The notes: generated by a model not told the origin, from the sequence alone. A DNA stretch of 64,000 nucleotides from Kiritimatiellia bacterium (GCA_017463935.1 JAFUEM010000002.1:531-64530), one strand, 5' to 3'. Numbered from the stretch's first letter, positions 24,226-33,365 are shown. Made by a program: numbers and translations.

Positions 24226-25112
24226 TTGCAAATCCTCTCTATCGCCTTTTTCAGCAACTCCACTCTCTCCTCATCCGTCCCGTCCCGATACCCCTTCAGA
24301 TAAATCAACCGTCCGCCATAGCCCGAATACAATCCTGTAAATCCTGTTAATCCTGTCAAAACCTCTCCCCATGCTGGTGCGCCGTCGGTGGTGATGACGC
24401 GCCTACCGCGCTCGAGAGCTTCGGCTATGACAAGCCCGAAATTGTCGGAGAGGGTCGGGAGAACGAGCACGTCGCACCAGTCCCAAATTTTTTCGAGCTC
24501 TTCGCCAAAGGCATTGGAGACAACTTTCAGTTGCGGGGTAACAGGTAACAGGGAACTGGGAACAGATGAGAGTTGTTGTACGGCGGCTTCGAGATAGTTG
24601 AGGCCCTTGAGCGGATGGCGGCGGCCAAGGTAGAGGAGGTGGAGGTCTTTTTTGACAGGATTAACAGGATTTACAGGATTGAGATTGGCGAGATTGAAGA
24701 ACCGCTTGATGTCGGTGACTTCAACAGGCGGGCAGCGGCGACCAAGATAGGCGCGAATCCAGTCGGCCTCGGCTTCGCATGTGGCAACAAGCACCTTAGC
24801 ACGGCGGAGGCAAAAGCGCTCGATGGGGCCGACAAGAGTCTTCTTCCAACCATGATAGGCCCGCCGGATTGGATCATAACACGCCTCTGGCATCCAACGG
24901 ACGTTCCGACCCCACAATGCCGCCCACCAGAGGCAGGGCAACCATCCACAATGAATCCATATCTCGTCAGCGGATCGAAGTTGGCGAATCGATGCCCACG
25001 TGCGGAATGAGACGGCGTGCCCCTGCTGCACCTGCTCACCCATAATGAGCCGAGCAATATTAGCCGCGCCATTCCACTTTTGCCAACCAGCGCAAATGTG
25101 AAGAATTCTCAT
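24222..25112 (-). CDS. GT4 (group 1) glycosyltransferase, intact, carrying an internal perfect inverted repeat
   Basis: MRILHICAGW.. The C-terminal half has ..VLVLPTLSDNFGLVIAEALERGRRVITT.. (EX7E-type). The ORF is open through both 32-nt arms and the heptamer block. Confidence 0.85.
   Translation of the reverse strand: MRILHICAGWQKWNGAANIARLIMGEQVQQGHAVSFRTWASIRQLRSADEIWIHCGWLPCLWWAALWGRNVRWMPEACYDPIRRAYHGWKKTLVGPIERFCLRRAKVLVATCEAEADWIRAYLGRRCPPVEVTDIKRFFNLANLNPVNPVNPVKKDLHLLYLGRRHPLKGLNYLEAAVQQLSSVPSSLLPVTPQLKVVSNAFGEELEKIWDWCDVLVLPTLSDNFGLVIAEALERGRRVITTDGAPAWGEVLTGLTGFTGLYSGYGGRLIYLKGYRDGTDEERVELLKKAIERICK
24330..24361 (+). repeat. 32-nt tri-nonamer element, AATCCTGT family, copy C (left arm of perfect IR)
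   Basis: caatcctgtaaatcctgttaatcctgtcaaaa, read in frame as ..LTGLTGFTGL.. Confidence 0.95.
24537..24564. repeat. Tandem heptamer block (GGTAACA GGTAACA GGGAACT GGGAACA)
   Basis: Read directly. It encodes part of ..SSVPSSLLPVTPQ.., an insertion relative to ..GLPNVE.. in the paralogue at 3278..4133. Confidence 0.8.
24650..24681 (-). repeat. 32-nt tri-nonamer element, AATCCTGT family, copy D (right arm of perfect IR)
   Basis: ttttgacaggattaacaggatttacaggattg is the exact reverse complement of 24330-24361 (32 of 32). It is read in frame as ..NPVNPVNPVK.. Confidence 0.95.
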
Positions 25113-25939
25113 TTAACACCTTTAACCACGATACTCACCAAATGCGCACATGACAAAATCGCCGCTGCTATGCCATGATAGCGGTAGCGGATAAGCCAAA
25201 GGTCATGAAGATTCCAGTAACCTGGTTGCCAAAGAAGCTTGATGCGCTGACGAAGTGATTTGCCGCGCATCTTTTCACCAAAATCATTGTGGCAGACGCC
25301 TATATACTTGGATGAACAGTAGAATGGTATATTCGCAGCCTTTAGACGTTCAGCATAATCGTAGTCTGCACGAGCATGAGAGTAATCGCCTGAAATCATG
25401 CCGACTTTCTCATATACTGCCTTTGGAACAAGAACAAAATTTCCATTGAACCAACCGTCTGCCAATTGCGGAGTACCATTTGGCACAATCAGTTCGTCCC
25501 TGTGGTTCTTGGCACCATACGAGCACTTAGTCTCTATAATATCCTCAAAACAAGCACCTATGAGGACAAGAGTTCCGTTTGCAGGTAATCGTTGGTTGTT
25601 AGTTGTTAGTAATGCATAGTCGGCGAGGATGTTTGCAATGGCATCCGACTTGAGCGCGACATCATCGTTCAACCACAAATAGAAGTCATATTCACCGCTC
25701 TTTGTTGCCGCCTCCCATGCAAGGCGCATTCCCTTGGCCCAATAGAGTCGTCCCGTCCCATTTATGACATGCACATTCGGAAAGTGTTCACGGGCCTTCA
25801 ACCCTGTCCCGTCTGGGGATGCATCATCGACAAGAAACACATCATGCTCAATTCCGTCCGCCGCCGCTGCCAATCCCCCCAATGCGCGAAGCGTTGTTTC
25901 CGCACGGTTATAGCATGTCATTAGAACCGCAATTTTCAT
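25109..25939 (-). CDS. Family-2 glycosyltransferase (rhamnosyltransferase-like)
   Basis: Internal ATG 25939 forms an ATGA overlap with the DUF218 stop. MKIAVLMTCYNRAETT..FLVDDASPDGT..WLNDDV.. Confidence 0.8.
   Translation of the reverse strand: MKIAVLMTCYNRAETTLRALGGLAAAADGIEHDVFLVDDASPDGTGLKAREHFPNVHVINGTGRLYWAKGMRLAWEAATKSGEYDFYLWLNDDVALKSDAIANILADYALLTTNNQRLPANGTLVLIGACFEDIIETKCSYGAKNHRDELIVPNGTPQLADGWFNGNFVLVPKAVYEKVGMISGDYSHARADYDYAERLKAANIPFYCSSKYIGVCHNDFGEKMRGKSLRQRIKLLWQPGYWNLHDLWLIRYRYHGIAAAILSCAHLVSIVVKGVK
25591..25611. repeat. Tandem heptamer block (GTTGGTT GTTAGTT GTTAGTA)
   Basis: Read directly and in frame (..LLTTNNQ..). The units resemble those at 41131-41151. Confidence 0.7.
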
Positions 25940-26670
25940 CGACGAAACAACCGATAGCCCCAATAGCCGATTATTTCTTTGAACATGGCCACATTGCTTG
26001 CTAACGCCCCCGCATCCGGCACAAAATCTCTCCACGACAGGTTACTGTCATATCCTGTAAGTGTCTCGTAGTCCGTCGCAGCAGGTAGAATCTCAATGCC
26101 TGGCGCATACTTTTGGAACATGAATACAGAACGCCTCATGTGCCACGCACTCGTCACCAGCAATATCTTCTTGCCTTGTCCAAGCATGGCAGCAACGAGT
26201 TTCGCATTCTCCTCCGTATTTCGTGCGGATGTTTCCAGCTTGATTGCGGCCTCTGGCACCCCAAGATCCATCAAAAGAATGTTGTCGCACCTCTCCGCAT
26301 TGATATTCGATGGAATTACAATCGGAGCCTTACCTGCGTTGTAAAGCTTTGCGGCATACCAAACCCTGTCTGCGCCCTGCTTCAGGTCGGGCGTGGGAAA
26401 GCCCTCGCGTTGCGGCGTAATCCCGCCGCCAAGCAGAACGATAGCATCCGCAGTCGGCTGGTCTTCCGCTGCCACGACTGGCCACTCACGCTCTAGCGGC
26501 AGCGCTATGATTCGCCCAGCAATTCCAGCCGACCAAAACCACAACCACACAAACGTTCCTACGATTATCCATCTGCATCGTTTCTTTGTTATGAAAGAAA
26601 CAAACATACCTACAAACGTAAGAACGAGCGGGTTGACCCCCAAAAACAGCAATTTGTTTATCAGATTCAC
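25936..26670 (-). CDS. DUF218 (YdcF/ElyC-like) membrane-associated protein
   Basis: GTG start 26670. N-terminal TM segments, then ..AIVLLGGG..RVWYAAKLYNAGKAP..SARNTEENA..LLVTSAWHMRRS.. Confidence 0.75.
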   Translation of the reverse strand: MNLINKLLFLGVNPLVLTFVGMFVSFITKKRCRWIIVGTFVWLWFWSAGIAGRIIALPLEREWPVVAAEDQPTADAIVLLGGGITPQREGFPTPDLKQGADRVWYAAKLYNAGKAPIVIPSNINAERCDNILLMDLGVPEAAIKLETSARNTEENAKLVAAMLGQGKKILLVTSAWHMRRSVFMFQKYAPGIEILPAATDYETLTGYDSNLSWRDFVPDAGALASNVAMFKEIIGYWGYRLFRR

Positions 26671-26677
26671 AATTGCA

Positions 26678-26842
26678 TTACCTTGTAGCTTTCATCTTCG
26701 CTATCTCCCGGTCAACAATCCACCGATACCATAGCCCCTGCCAAAAGTGCCAACGCCAACCGGCAACACCATCAAGGAAGCCGAGTTTTAGAAAGTAGCG
26801 AATGCAGAAGTAAGCGAAGGCGCGGAAGTATGGCGGGAGGCG
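26678..26842 (-). pseudogene. Orphan 3' remnant (54 codons) of a GT2 gene
   Basis: The minus-strand frame RLPPYFRAFAYFCIRYFLKLGFLDGVAGWRWHFWQGLWYRWIVDREIAKMKATR* parallels the C-terminus of 27887..28690 (..[24 protein letters not shown]..). It is bounded upstream by an in-frame TAG. Confidence 0.65.
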
Positions 26843-26892
26843 CTAGCAACTGACATTACCAAGTGAGAATATAAGTCAGACCTAAATTCCCA

Positions 26893-27882
26893 CTATGCTG
26901 CTACAAAGCCTCTGAAGTATTCGATAGTCTTGGCGAGGCCTTCTTGCAGAGGCACTTTTGGTTCCCAGCCGAGGAGTTCTTTGGCCAAGGTGATGTCGGG
27001 CTTGCGACGCTTGGGATCATCGGAAGGAATCGGACGATAGACGAGCTGCGACTTTGAATCCGGCAACTGGCGCAAGGTCTCTTCGGCCAACTGCTTGATG
27101 GTGTACTCGCCTGGGTTGCCTGTGTTGATGACCGGCGCGCCGAGCTTGTGCTTTGCGCAGAACGCATCTATCGTCTCGCGCGGCAGCTCCATATATCGGC
27201 GCATTGCCTCTATGAGGTCATCGCAGTACTGGAAGCTACGAGTCTGCAGACCATCGCCAAACAAAGTAATATCCTCGTTGTTCAACGCCTGCATGATGAA
27301 GTTTGAAATCACGCGGCCATCCTTAGGGTGCATGTGTGGTCCGTAGGTGTTGAAGATGCGCACCATGCGAACATCAACGCCATACTCGCGGCGATAGTCG
27401 GCGGCAAGCGTCTCGGCACAACGCTTGCCCTCATCGTAGCAAGAGCGAATGCCAATCGTGTTCACATTGCCCCAATAGCTCTCAACCTGAGGATGCACGA
27501 GCGGATCACCATAGACTTCGCTGGTAGAGGTGTGAAGAATCTTCGCCTTGGTCTTGAGCGCCAAATCCAACATGTTCATCATACCGAGAACGCTGGACTT
27601 CATCGTCTCGACAGGGTTATGCTGATAGTGAATCGGGCTCGCGGGACACGCAAGGTTGTATATCTCGTCGAACTGCCCCCAATATGGCTGCGTCACATCG
27701 TGTAGGACAAACGAGAAGCGCCGATTGTCCAACAACGCCTCGATGTTGCGCTTTGTCCCCGTAAAGAGATTATCCAACGCCGTAACCTCGTATCCTTCAT
27801 CAAGCAGCCTCTTGCAAAGATGGCTCCCTAAGAATCCAGCGGCTCCAGTAACAAGAGCTTTCCTTGGCAATTTTAGTTCCAT
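26893..27882 (-). CDS. UDP-glucuronate decarboxylase (UDP-xylose synthase)
   Basis: ..[39 protein letters not shown].., ..SCYDEGKR.. (YxxxK). The overall 329 aa are UXS-like. Confidence 0.85.
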   Translation of the reverse strand: MELKLPRKALVTGAAGFLGSHLCKRLLDEGYEVTALDNLFTGTKRNIEALLDNRRFSFVLHDVTQPYWGQFDEIYNLACPASPIHYQHNPVETMKSSVLGMMNMLDLALKTKAKILHTSTSEVYGDPLVHPQVESYWGNVNTIGIRSCYDEGKRCAETLAADYRREYGVDVRMVRIFNTYGPHMHPKDGRVISNFIMQALNNEDITLFGDGLQTRSFQYCDDLIEAMRRYMELPRETIDAFCAKHKLGAPVINTGNPGEYTIKQLAEETLRQLPDSKSQLVYRPIPSDDPKRRKPDITLAKELLGWEPKVPLQEGLAKTIEYFRGFVAA

Positions 27883-27886
27883 ATTA

Positions 27887-28690
27887 TTATATCTCCGAGA
27901 TTTTCTTTCTTATGTTTGCAAAATACTTCCACTTCCCTCTTGCGAACACATAACCGGGCTTGCCATCAAGAATGCCAAGTTTCAAGAAATAGCAGACACA
28001 GAAATAGGCGAAGCCAAACCATCCCTCCTGAATGAGCCTGTATTTCGTCCGCTGCCTATCCGTCAACTTAGAAAAGTCGCCCTTAAGCGCCTTATACCTA
28101 TTAGCCTCCCAATTTGCGTATTCCTCATGCTTCTTGTAGTAATTTGCAAGGCTCCGTTTGTCGTGATGCTCAAGCCTTGCCTTAATTACCCCAATTTCAC
28201 CTTTCACCTGAAGTTGCTCATGAATCTCCATATCTAAACTTGACCACCCATTCTCGTCAATATTCTCATATTCGCCAGCCCCAAGGCGCAAAATAGCAGT
28301 CTTGCGCATTGCATCACCATGCCGCAACATTCGCCCCATAAACCAGTTGTCATAGAAGCAGATAAACGCATTGCACTTTGTCGTAGGCAATACACGTTCC
28401 AATTCATTGCAGAATTCTGACGTAATTCGCTCGTCAGCATCAAGGAACATAACCCAAGGAGTTTTAAAACTGTAGTTACGCAAAAGCCAGTTACGTTTCT
28501 TAGGGAATTCGCCGTTCCACTTGAACTGCACGACCTCGCGCCCATATTCGGCGGCTATTCCAGGCGTCCTGTCAGTACTGCCAGAATCCACAACCACGAC
28601 ATGCCGAAACGCCTTGATGTTTTCTAGACACGCCGGAAGGTTCTTTTCCTCATTCTTAACAGGAATCACAATTGTCAATAATTCATTCAT
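27887..28690 (-). CDS. Family-2 glycosyltransferase (LPS-core type)
   Basis: Internal ATG 28690 follows [48 protein letters not shown].. Confidence 0.8.
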   Translation of the reverse strand: MNELLTIVIPVKNEEKNLPACLENIKAFRHVVVVDSGSTDRTPGIAAEYGREVVQFKWNGEFPKKRNWLLRNYSFKTPWVMFLDADERITSEFCNELERVLPTTKCNAFICFYDNWFMGRMLRHGDAMRKTAILRLGAGEYENIDENGWSSLDMEIHEQLQVKGEIGVIKARLEHHDKRSLANYYKKHEEYANWEANRYKALKGDFSKLTDRQRTKYRLIQEGWFGFAYFCVCYFLKLGILDGKPGYVFARGKWKYFANIRKKISEI

Positions 28691-28706
28691 GCGAACATGC
28701 CTCCCT

Positions 28707-28838
28707 CTAATCTCTTTGGTTGATGAATTTTGCCGGATTACCACAGACTATAGTCAACGGTTCGACATTTCTAGACGCAACTGCCCATAACACGACAAAT
28801 GCGCCGTCCCCAATGGTTATGCTTGGAATGACGATTGA
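28707..28838 (-). pseudogene. Orphan 3' remnant (43 codons) of a hexapeptide-repeat acetyltransferase
   Basis: The minus-strand frame SIVIPSITIGDGAFVVLWAVASRNVEPLTIVCGNPAKFINQRD* is a typical LbH acyltransferase C-terminus (..GNPAK.I..). It is bounded upstream by an in-frame TGA. Confidence 0.6.
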
Positions 28839-28869
28839 TCATGCTACAACCCAAGCAGTGCTGCCTCTA

Positions 28870-29925
28870 TCATTTTCCTTGCAAGACTTCTTTGTAGCAT
28901 TCAAGCATACTACTTGCAGCTGAGGTCCACGTATATTTATCTGCAACTAGCTTACGGCCTCTTTGCCCCATTCTCGCTCGCCCAGAATCACCCAACCTCA
29001 TAGCTACACTCAATGTTCTTGCTATTGTTTCAACATCATTCTCGATCCACCAACCACACCTTGATTCTTCAATCTCCGCCCAAGGCGTGCCTTTGGTCGC
29101 AATAACTGTAACTCCGTATGAAAGAGCCTCGACCACAACGCTTCCAAAGTTTTCCGCGTATGAGGGAAGAATAAACAAATCTGCACTTCGATACGCCTTG
29201 TCTTTTGCTTCACCTATCACTGCGCCGATAAACTCTACGCCTACAATTCCCTCATCAGTAACTTTGCGCTTCAACTCTTCCAAATACCCCCTCCAGCTAG
29301 GCCCAGCCACTACGAGTCGCCATCCCGTTGGTGGAAGTCGTTTCCATGCATCAAGCAGGATCTCAACCCCCTTCTCTCTGGAAACCCTGGATAAGAACAA
29401 AACCGTCCGGGTCCTTGTTCCTAGGGTGTTGATAGCGCGGACATCCGGCATCGTCACCCCCAATGGAACAATCCCATACTTGCATTTGAGCCCTAACTTC
29501 TCGCAGGCGATTCTTTCCGCATCAGTAGTGACATGCAAACAAGATGCCTTACGCATCAATGATTTAAGCAAGAAATGAAAGAACAAAAACTTCTTAACTC
29601 TGCCGTTCCTCATTGCCCACGGCATCAAGCAACCATGCGGTGAAACAACATATGGGACTTTATTCTTCAAGCACCAATACAACGCTTGCACATTGAATAG
29701 CGACCACAACCCATGCACATGCACAACATCAGGCCGTTCTTCAATGACATCAAGCTTTGTGCCTTGAACCACTTGCACCCCGTCGTTCGGCTTGTATTCA
29801 TACCTACATTTATGCAACAATGTTACCATATGCCCTTGCTTAACCTGCCGATTACACATTTCAACACAAAAGAGCGAAACTCCTGATGTAAGGTCCAAAC
29901 CTTCTATGACATGAAGGATTCGCAT
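28870..29925 (-). CDS. GT4 (group 1) glycosyltransferase
   Basis: MRILHVIEGLD.. starts at ATG 29925 (TAATG overlap with the upstream stop; the track start 29931 is also possible). ..LPSYAENFGSVVVEALSYGVTVIAT.. Confidence 0.85.
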   Translation of the reverse strand: MRILHVIEGLDLTSGVSLFCVEMCNRQVKQGHMVTLLHKCRYEYKPNDGVQVVQGTKLDVIEERPDVVHVHGLWSLFNVQALYWCLKNKVPYVVSPHGCLMPWAMRNGRVKKFLFFHFLLKSLMRKASCLHVTTDAERIACEKLGLKCKYGIVPLGVTMPDVRAINTLGTRTRTVLFLSRVSREKGVEILLDAWKRLPPTGWRLVVAGPSWRGYLEELKRKVTDEGIVGVEFIGAVIGEAKDKAYRSADLFILPSYAENFGSVVVEALSYGVTVIATKGTPWAEIEESRCGWWIENDVETIARTLSVAMRLGDSGRARMGQRGRKLVADKYTWTSAASSMLECYKEVLQGK

Positions 29926-30779
29926 TACCATTCCTCCGCATACAAAGACCTCTTGAGGATGTCGCCCATCGTAACCTTTCGCCGCGCCAAATCGTCAACC
30001 GCTTCCATAGCCATAGCCCTTGTTGATGCGTTGCATCCATACTTAGATTTGACCATTTCCATAACCTGTTCAATCGATTTGTGCTGCCAATAATATGCAA
30101 GACCACACTCCAGACATATTTCGTCCCCCAAGCAATTTTTCGCTTGCCGCATCTCTTCCCAATCCAATATCCATAACTTTTCTCCTGCCGCCCTAAAATT
30201 ATGCCAAGCGAAATCTCCATGTATGTAACCGGCGGCTTCAATCTGCCGCCGCGCATCCCTAGCCCGCGCAATCCAGTCATCCGTCAGCGGACAAACATGC
30301 GCGTCTTCGGGAAGCGGCTGGTATCTAACCGCAAAGGCCTCGCCATATTCATGAACGCCAAGAACCCTAGGTACTCGAAACAAGTGATTTGCTATCGCAC
30401 CTGCATGTATTGTGTTCTTGGCCTCCCTTTCAAGAGTCAAGCGCTCTGCTTCGCCCATTGCGAACTTAATATACTCGACCACTTTCCCATCTTTTACTCC
30501 ATATCCGTAGAAGCGAGATGTGGAGCGAATCCTAGACGGCCAAAAAAATGCAACTTCAAATCCAAATTGCGACGCTATCGTTGGCGGCGCAACCCTCTTC
30601 AATATAAACTTATCCATTCCCATCCTGTGCAGCCAATATAAAGCCCTCGATACGACACCTCTCCCTCGAAACGGATAGTTTCTGTCAAAGCTTCGAGGGA
30701 ACCGCATCCTAGAAGGATAAGACACCCATTTTTCGCCCTTGATTTCCAAGGCCAAGTTATTAGCCGCACTATCCGCCAT
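29925..30779 (-). CDS. Protein-kinase-like/APH-fold phosphotransferase (sugar or LPS kinase-like)
   Basis: The catalytic-loop motif YIHGDFAWHNF is followed by LWILDWEE, the HGDxxxxN..iDWe pattern of the APH/choline-kinase/Kdo-kinase fold. Confidence 0.65.
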   Translation of the reverse strand: MADSAANNLALEIKGEKWVSYPSRMRFPRSFDRNYPFRGRGVVSRALYWLHRMGMDKFILKRVAPPTIASQFGFEVAFFWPSRIRSTSRFYGYGVKDGKVVEYIKFAMGEAERLTLEREAKNTIHAGAIANHLFRVPRVLGVHEYGEAFAVRYQPLPEDAHVCPLTDDWIARARDARRQIEAAGYIHGDFAWHNFRAAGEKLWILDWEEMRQAKNCLGDEICLECGLAYYWQHKSIEQVMEMVKSKYGCNASTRAMAMEAVDDLARRKVTMGDILKRSLYAEEW

Positions 30780-32163
30780 AATTCATGATCCACTTCTCAA
30801 TCTCACTATTCACCATTCCTATCGTAGACTCCACCCCTTTGCTGGCGTCAATAAACCTCGCCCTCCTATCCTTGCCAAGACAGTCTCGTATTGCCTGTTG
30901 TTGCCGCTTAATCTCATCAATCTCAAGTTCTGGCTTCTGACGATATATATCCTCTGCCGGGCGTTCAAGGATAAACACCAAATCAGGCTTGGGGACTATC
31001 AGCCAGACCATGTCTTTCCACCACTTGGGGCACTTCATGTGCCCTCGCATATAGTAATAATCATAATAATATCTATCGGCAAGTAGCAACCCAGAAAAGG
31101 TTCGCCATCTAAAAAGGACTATCCTTCCTAGCGCTAGGTTTATTCCATAATACAATACATATGCCATTGAGCGCAATCGCCCAAGCGGGGGCTTCATCCC
31201 CATTCCTCTTGTGCCAGGTGGAGGTTCTGGATCAAATTCTATTTTTCGACCAAACAATCCCATAATCCACTTATAAATGTCACGCAACATCACAACTCCT
31301 GGGAAATGCGAATGAATACGCATCAAACCGCACAAAGGCCTATGGTCGAAGTGAGCGACAACGGCATCGGCTATTGTAGTCTTCCCGCAGCCATCCGGCC
31401 CTACAAGAGCCACAAATGGACGCAAGAACGGGAATAGCCGCAATCTTATGTTGTCAAACATGTAGATCAATATCCCACAGACATTGCAGAGCCTAGGGCA
31501 CAAAACTTTCCTCCTAAACTCTGGCGCAAGCTTAGGAAGCAAATCCCAATCCTTCTTCTCAACAATACCGACAACCTTCTCAGTAAAATCAGCATCTCCT
31601 TTGAACGCCTCGGTCAGCAAGGCGACAAACCCATCCCTGTCTTTTGCGACACCGTCATAGACTTGCGCACGCCTCGCCTCGCGCCCCAGTCGGGAATTGG
31701 CGATTACCTCCTTGAGCAAAACAGATGCCGCCGAATAGGAATACGGCATGCACCATATCCCCTTTTCGTTCCGCCATCGGTTCTTCAAAGGCTTTACGCT
31801 GGAGAAGAATAGGATACCCCTCAGGCTGGCCTCAAGGAAGATATCAATCTGGAAATAGGATATCTCTTCTCCAGGTAGCAATATCCAGTATGAATGCAGG
31901 TTAGAAGACTTGAAGTGGCAGTAGTTTATCCACCCTGTCTCCTTGGCGACCTTCTTCAATATGGAGACCATAGCTTTGAGGTGTCTCCTGCTTGTCACTA
32001 GGTCAACATCGTGGCGGGCATACGTCGGTAAGCCTTCCCAGCCGTGCGCGACGGCCCACTCAATAGTGGCAGCATCAAGCGCATTAAAGAACGGCGTCAG
32101 GAATGTCGCTATCACTTCAGGGTGATATCCGACAAGACTATCATTATTCATTGAACCCTCCAT
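30769..32163 (-). CDS. Two-domain protein: unknown N-terminal domain plus P-loop nucleoside/nucleotide-kinase-like C-terminal domain
   Basis: Walker A is VALVGPDGCGKTTIADAV. ..LLLADRYYYDYY.. resembles Walker B. No confident family assignment. Confidence 0.5.
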   Translation of the reverse strand: MEGSMNNDSLVGYHPEVIATFLTPFFNALDAATIEWAVAHGWEGLPTYARHDVDLVTSRRHLKAMVSILKKVAKETGWINYCHFKSSNLHSYWILLPGEEISYFQIDIFLEASLRGILFFSSVKPLKNRWRNEKGIWCMPYSYSAASVLLKEVIANSRLGREARRAQVYDGVAKDRDGFVALLTEAFKGDADFTEKVVGIVEKKDWDLLPKLAPEFRRKVLCPRLCNVCGILIYMFDNIRLRLFPFLRPFVALVGPDGCGKTTIADAVVAHFDHRPLCGLMRIHSHFPGVVMLRDIYKWIMGLFGRKIEFDPEPPPGTRGMGMKPPLGRLRSMAYVLYYGINLALGRIVLFRWRTFSGLLLADRYYYDYYYMRGHMKCPKWWKDMVWLIVPKPDLVFILERPAEDIYRQKPELEIDEIKRQQQAIRDCLGKDRRARFIDASKGVESTIGMVNSEIEKWIMNYGG

Positions 32164-33340
32164 CTTCCAAATACTCGCACAACGCCTTTGCTCCAGCCTC
32201 TGCCGTCCATAACGAAGCGCAGTTCCCGTTTACATGATTCTCCATGGTTTTACATGAAATCCCCGACAGCAACTTCTTCAATGCTCGCCAATCTCCGGCA
32301 TGGAAAAGGCATCCTTCCGGCAGAATAGTTGCGCTTGAACCGGCTTCGTATGTTCCGAGAACCGTCATACCCTCTTCCAACGCTTCACTGACAACCGCCC
32401 CCCACCCCTCGTATCCGTTGCTGGCGAGAACATAGACGCCATGTTCGCGCATAAGCCTGCGCACTTCTTCTATCGGCACCGGAGGATAGAACTTCACGGC
32501 ATCGCCATACTGCGCAGCCATCTTTTTAAGGATCTTCTCTGCAGGGCCGCTACCATAGATGTCCAAGGTGATTTCAGGCAGCGAATTATCCACGCGCTTC
32601 AAGTTCACGTGCTCGCCTACGGCTCGCACGATTGTATCCACGCGCTTCAAGTTCAGGAGGCGACCAACCCAAAGAACTTTTATTGCATGCGGCTTTGACT
32701 TGCTCGCCTCCTGAACTGGAAGCGCGTCTTTTTTGGAAGGTGCAACATAATACCCCCACATACGCATTTTGTCAAGAAGGACCTCACTCCTACCCAATGC
32801 GCTCAATCTCCCCATAGGATGCTTTTCAAAAGCGATTCTGCGATTGCGCAATCCCCCGATTACATCCAACTTTGTATAGCAGGCTATTCTCAATGCGTCC
32901 ACTGCTGCATGTGGGCCAATAGGCAAATACAAAAATTTATTGTAACTTCTCAAGAGCGACGCAAACTCCATCGCCCTGCGCACAAAAGATTTCTTTATGA
33001 ATCTTATTGCGCCAAATGGCGGTTTAAGCCATCGCTCAGATGCATACAGTATTCTCTTGCCTCTTTTCCTGAAACACTCTATCACCTTCGGCTCGAACTC
33101 CGAAACAAAAAGAACATCAAACTTATCTGCGTACACCTCTAACACATCACAAGGCGGCACTCCGTCATATCTTACAATCCATTCCCTCTCTGCTTCCTTC
33201 CATCCCAGTTTCGACCTCTCCTGCCGCATCCGCAACGTTGCGCAGTAGAGGAAATTCCCGGGCCCAAGACGCGCATACAGACTGTCGCACAATGGAATCA
33301 TGTGCGGCGAAACTATTCCTGCATAGACAAGAACCTTCAT
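32144..33340 (-). CDS. GT4 (group 1) glycosyltransferase
   Basis: ..VLASNGYEGWGAVVSEALEEGMTVLGT.. is an EX7E-type motif in the C-terminal Rossmann domain. Confidence 0.8.
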   Translation of the reverse strand: MKVLVYAGIVSPHMIPLCDSLYARLGPGNFLYCATLRMRQERSKLGWKEAEREWIVRYDGVPPCDVLEVYADKFDVLFVSEFEPKVIECFRKRGKRILYASERWLKPPFGAIRFIKKSFVRRAMEFASLLRSYNKFLYLPIGPHAAVDALRIACYTKLDVIGGLRNRRIAFEKHPMGRLSALGRSEVLLDKMRMWGYYVAPSKKDALPVQEASKSKPHAIKVLWVGRLLNLKRVDTIVRAVGEHVNLKRVDNSLPEITLDIYGSGPAEKILKKMAAQYGDAVKFYPPVPIEEVRRLMREHGVYVLASNGYEGWGAVVSEALEEGMTVLGTYEAGSSATILPEGCLFHAGDWRALKKLLSGISCKTMENHVNGNCASLWTAEAGAKALCEYLEDGGFNE

Positions 33341-33365
33341 ACACGAATACTCAATGGCATTGCTT

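Noticed and set aside
4605-24681. Whether the nonamer and heptamer blocks are miniature CRISPR arrays.
   Set aside because: The units are contiguous with no spacers, there are only 2-4 units per block, many are translated inside ORFs, and there are no cas genes in the window.
31050-31085. AT-rich ATAATA-type repeat encoding ..DRYYYDYYYMR.. as another inserted tandem block.
   Set aside because: It has no clean unit structure or flanking signature, and it sits in the Walker-B-like region of the P-loop domain. It is judged to be ordinary coding sequence.
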